From Macrostomum lignano (Eukaryota), in assembly GCA_002269645.1 (NCBI GenBank), contig NIVC01000731.1, positions 310,001 to 374,000 of the forward strand: a stretch of DNA of 64,000 nt. The letters are read 5' to 3'. The notes under the pieces were generated by a model that did not search any database, had not been told where the DNA came from, and saw only the letters and a list, made by a program, of their open reading frames with translations. This document shows, one piece after another, positions 61,562 through 64,000 of the stretch (position 1 is the stretch's first letter; the number at the start of each line of letters is the position of its first letter). Made by a program: the position numbers and the translations under genes.

Positions 61562-64000
61562 TCAGTCGCAGGCGGCCAGACGGTCGCGCATCAGTCGCAC
61601 AGACCGCTGCGCGCAGGTCAAGACGTCCGCCGCCAGCTCTTCAACGGTGGTGAAGCGCACCTGCTTGGGGCTGAACAGATCCTCCGCGAACTGCGTGGCG
61701 GTGCTGCGGAGCGCCTCGCAGATTCGGTTGGCTCGCTGGTCGGGGCCGAGGAAGCCCCAGGCCAGGGCGGGGCCCAGGCTGGCCACCAGGCCGTAGAAAT
61801 GGTAGGAGAAGCCGCGAGCACCGCCCAGCATTTTCCGCTTGGCCAGCACCAGAGTCCACACCGTGCTGTCCAGGGCGGTGCGCTTGAACCCGGCCGACAG
61901 CCAGCGGTTCTGCAGCACCGACACGATGGAGGGCGGCGGGCTGGCCAGCTCCTCGAAGGCGTCCAGCAGCATGTAGTCGAAGGCGATATCGTAGAGGCCG
62001 AAGACGCGGACGCCTCTCGGCTCCAGGTCGCGCCGGATTGCGTCCGGGGCGTCGGGGGAGTCCAGGAACTGCAGCAGGTCGCGGTAGGCCGCCTCGAACG
62101 GTTGCACATCGCAGCCCAGGCGGTCCAGCAGCAGGGCGCCCAGCTCGCGGCCCGTCACGCGGAACCAGTTGGCGCTGGCCCTGGAGACGAGTTTAAATAG
62201 CAATTTGGTGAGATAGATAGATAGATTAGGATAGCTGCTACTCTAAGTAGGATTAGTGTACATTTTTTCTTGCTTTATTTTTCCCAAGCTGTGACGTTAG
62301 GATGTGTAAAGCGTAGCAGCAAGCCCGCTGAAGGATCCGGAGGGTGGGCGGGTGGCAGCCCACTGGAGGATCGGAGGGTGGGCGGGTGGCAGCCCACTGG
62401 AGGATCGGAGGGTGGGCGGGTGGCAGCCCACTGGAGGATCGGAGGGTGGGCGGGTGGCAGCCCACTGGAGGATCGGAGGGTGGGCGGGTGGCAGCCCACT
62501 GGAGGATCGGAGGGTGGGCGGTGGCAGCCCACTGGAGGATCGGAGGGTGGGCGGTGGCAGCCCACTGGAGGATCGGAGGGTGGGCGGGTGGCAGCCCACT
62601 GAAGGATCCGGAGGATGGGCGGGTGGCTGCCCACAGAGGATCAGAGGGTGGGCGCCCACTGGATGCCAAACGGCAGGAGCAACTAGTCAGTAATAGTCAG
62701 TATCAAATGCCTCGGCAGCTAATTAGTGTGCGGCTCACCTGTCGGCCATCAGCTGGTCCATAGCCAGGCGGATGCAGTGCAGCCGGGCCAGGTACTCGGT
62801 GTCAGTTGAGCAGCCCAGATTGGCTGTGCGCAGCTTTCTAAACGGCACGGAGCCGTGCTCCAGCTCCAGCAGGGCCGCCCGGTACAGGTGGGCATTGTCG
62901 CTTGCCTGGCGCTTCTAGAGGAGTCCGGACGTTTGTGGAGCTTACTTAGAATACATCAGGCATAAAGTATACTTAGAATACATGGGTATACGTCATATTT
63001 TATTGTGCATGGGTATTTCTCAGTATACACGTAGGATATTTCCCAGAATGCTTACGGTATTTCTCAGAATGCTTAGGTATTTTTCAGAATGCTTAGGTAT
63101 TTCTTAGAATGCTTAGGGTATTTCTTAGAATGCTTAGGTATTTTTCAGAATGCTTAGGTATTTCTCAGAATGCTTAGGGTATTTTTCAGAATGCTTAGGT
63201 ATTTCTAAGGAAGCTTAGGGTATTTCTCAGAATGCTTAGGGTATTTCACAGGATGCTTAGGGTATTTCTCAGAATGCTTAGGGTATTTCACAGGATGCTT
63301 AGGGTATTTCACAGAATGCTTATGGTATTTCTAAGGAAGCTTAGGGTATTTCTCAGGATCCATGGGGTATTTCTCAGGATCTATGGCGTATTTCTCAAGA
63401 CCGATGGGGTATTTCTCAGAACTCTGCCAGAACTCTGCCAACCTCAAGATCTATCCGAATGGGAGTGGCCAATGCTCTGCAAGTACACCAAGTACTTCAA
63501 CACCAACCTGATCGTCCAGGTCGCTGATGTCCAGCTGCTCCAGCGCGCTGACAAACGAGTCCGCGTCGCTGTCACCGTCTTCGTCGCTGACGTCGGTGGA
63601 TGGCAGGTAGGCCTCATCGACGTCAAGCGCCCGCTGCTTGGCCCGCTCCCGGATGCTGTAGGCGGTCTCCAGCAGCTGCCGCAGCTCCGTCAGCAGCTCT
63701 GACTCGCTGGCCGCGCCGCCTCGGACGTCGCCCAGGCCGTCGAAGCTCTCCAGCGAGGTCTCCAGGTCGGTGATGACCCGGTGCAGCGCCTCGATGCCCG
63801 AGCGGGCCCCGTCGCCGCCGCCGCTGTCGGTACAGGGGACGGCGTCGTCGATTTCGTCAAGCCGAAGCCGCCGGTGGCTGCCGGCGACGCCGCTGCGGAT
63901 GCTGTCCCGCTTGCTGCGCGACCCGCCGCCGACACGGCTTCGCCGACTGCTGCTGGCTGGAGCGGCGGGCAGCGCGGCGGCCGGAGCTCCGGACATCGAG
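61562..64000 (-). CDS. MIGA: Mitoguardin (MIGA/FAM73), 3' part; exons >=64000-63508, 62914-62739, 62180-61562; 5' end outside the window
   Basis: The spliced product contains the FFAT-like DSFVSALE, LYRAALLELEHGSVPFRKLRTANLGC..EYLARLHCIRLA and FDYMLLDAFEELASPPPSIVSVLQNRWLS..FKRTAL..FYGLVASLGPALAWGFLGP, all matching mitoguardin motifs. GT-AG phases 0 and 2 are consistent. Confidence 0.92.
62326..62660. repeat. 34-bp G-rich minisatellite GGAGGATCGGAGGGTGGGCGGGTGGCAGCCCACT in a MIGA intron
   Basis: Direct reading; ~9 copies. Confidence 0.94.
63040..63420. repeat. 20-21 bp minisatellite ATTTCTCAGAATGCTTAGGGT in a MIGA intron
   Basis: Direct reading; many units contain TTAGGG; degenerate edges. 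Confidence 0.92.

Noticed and set aside
1239-63420. Consistent G-rich strand bias of intronic arrays (R-loop model)
   Set aside because: Relative to transcription, some arrays are G-rich on the sense strand (7357, 25296) and others C-rich (1239, 62326); no consistent polarity.

Overview
Eukaryotic (animal) genomic DNA with spliceosomal GT-AG introns. GC3-rich Ala/Gly-rich exons and minisatellite-filled introns suggest a flatworm such as Macrostomum (inference only). Left to right: (1) a 2-exon CREB3/OASIS-family membrane-bound bZIP gene (+); (2) a 4-exon gene with an unrecognised helical N-terminus and C-terminal ankyrin repeats (+); (3) a tRNA-type SINE; (4) an intronless ~8-TM gene resembling two tandem MS4A/CD20-like modules (-); (5) a 3,403-bp P-element/THAP transposon (20371-23773) with 32-bp TIRs, an 8-bp TSD and an internally deleted, frameshifted transposase, ending 49 bp upstream of the ATG of (6) a 29-exon gel-forming mucin/hemolectin-like gene (23823-58545, ~5,800 aa: Sushi-EGF, 3x VWD-C8-TIL, ~15 CysD/WxxW, F5/8C, PTS arrays, VWC-like, cystine knot) that contains a 7.4-kb near-identical internal duplication; and (7) the 3' part of a mitoguardin gene (-). 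About 16 distinct minisatellites fill introns and spacers. Highlights: the transposon's TSD is the apparent splice acceptor of the mucin's first coding exon; the mucin core is built of symmetric phase-1 cassette exons whose CysD parts are homogenised while their introns are not; and several arrays start exactly at splice donors or a stop codon. Exon models and counts were read by hand and need RNA-seq confirmation.
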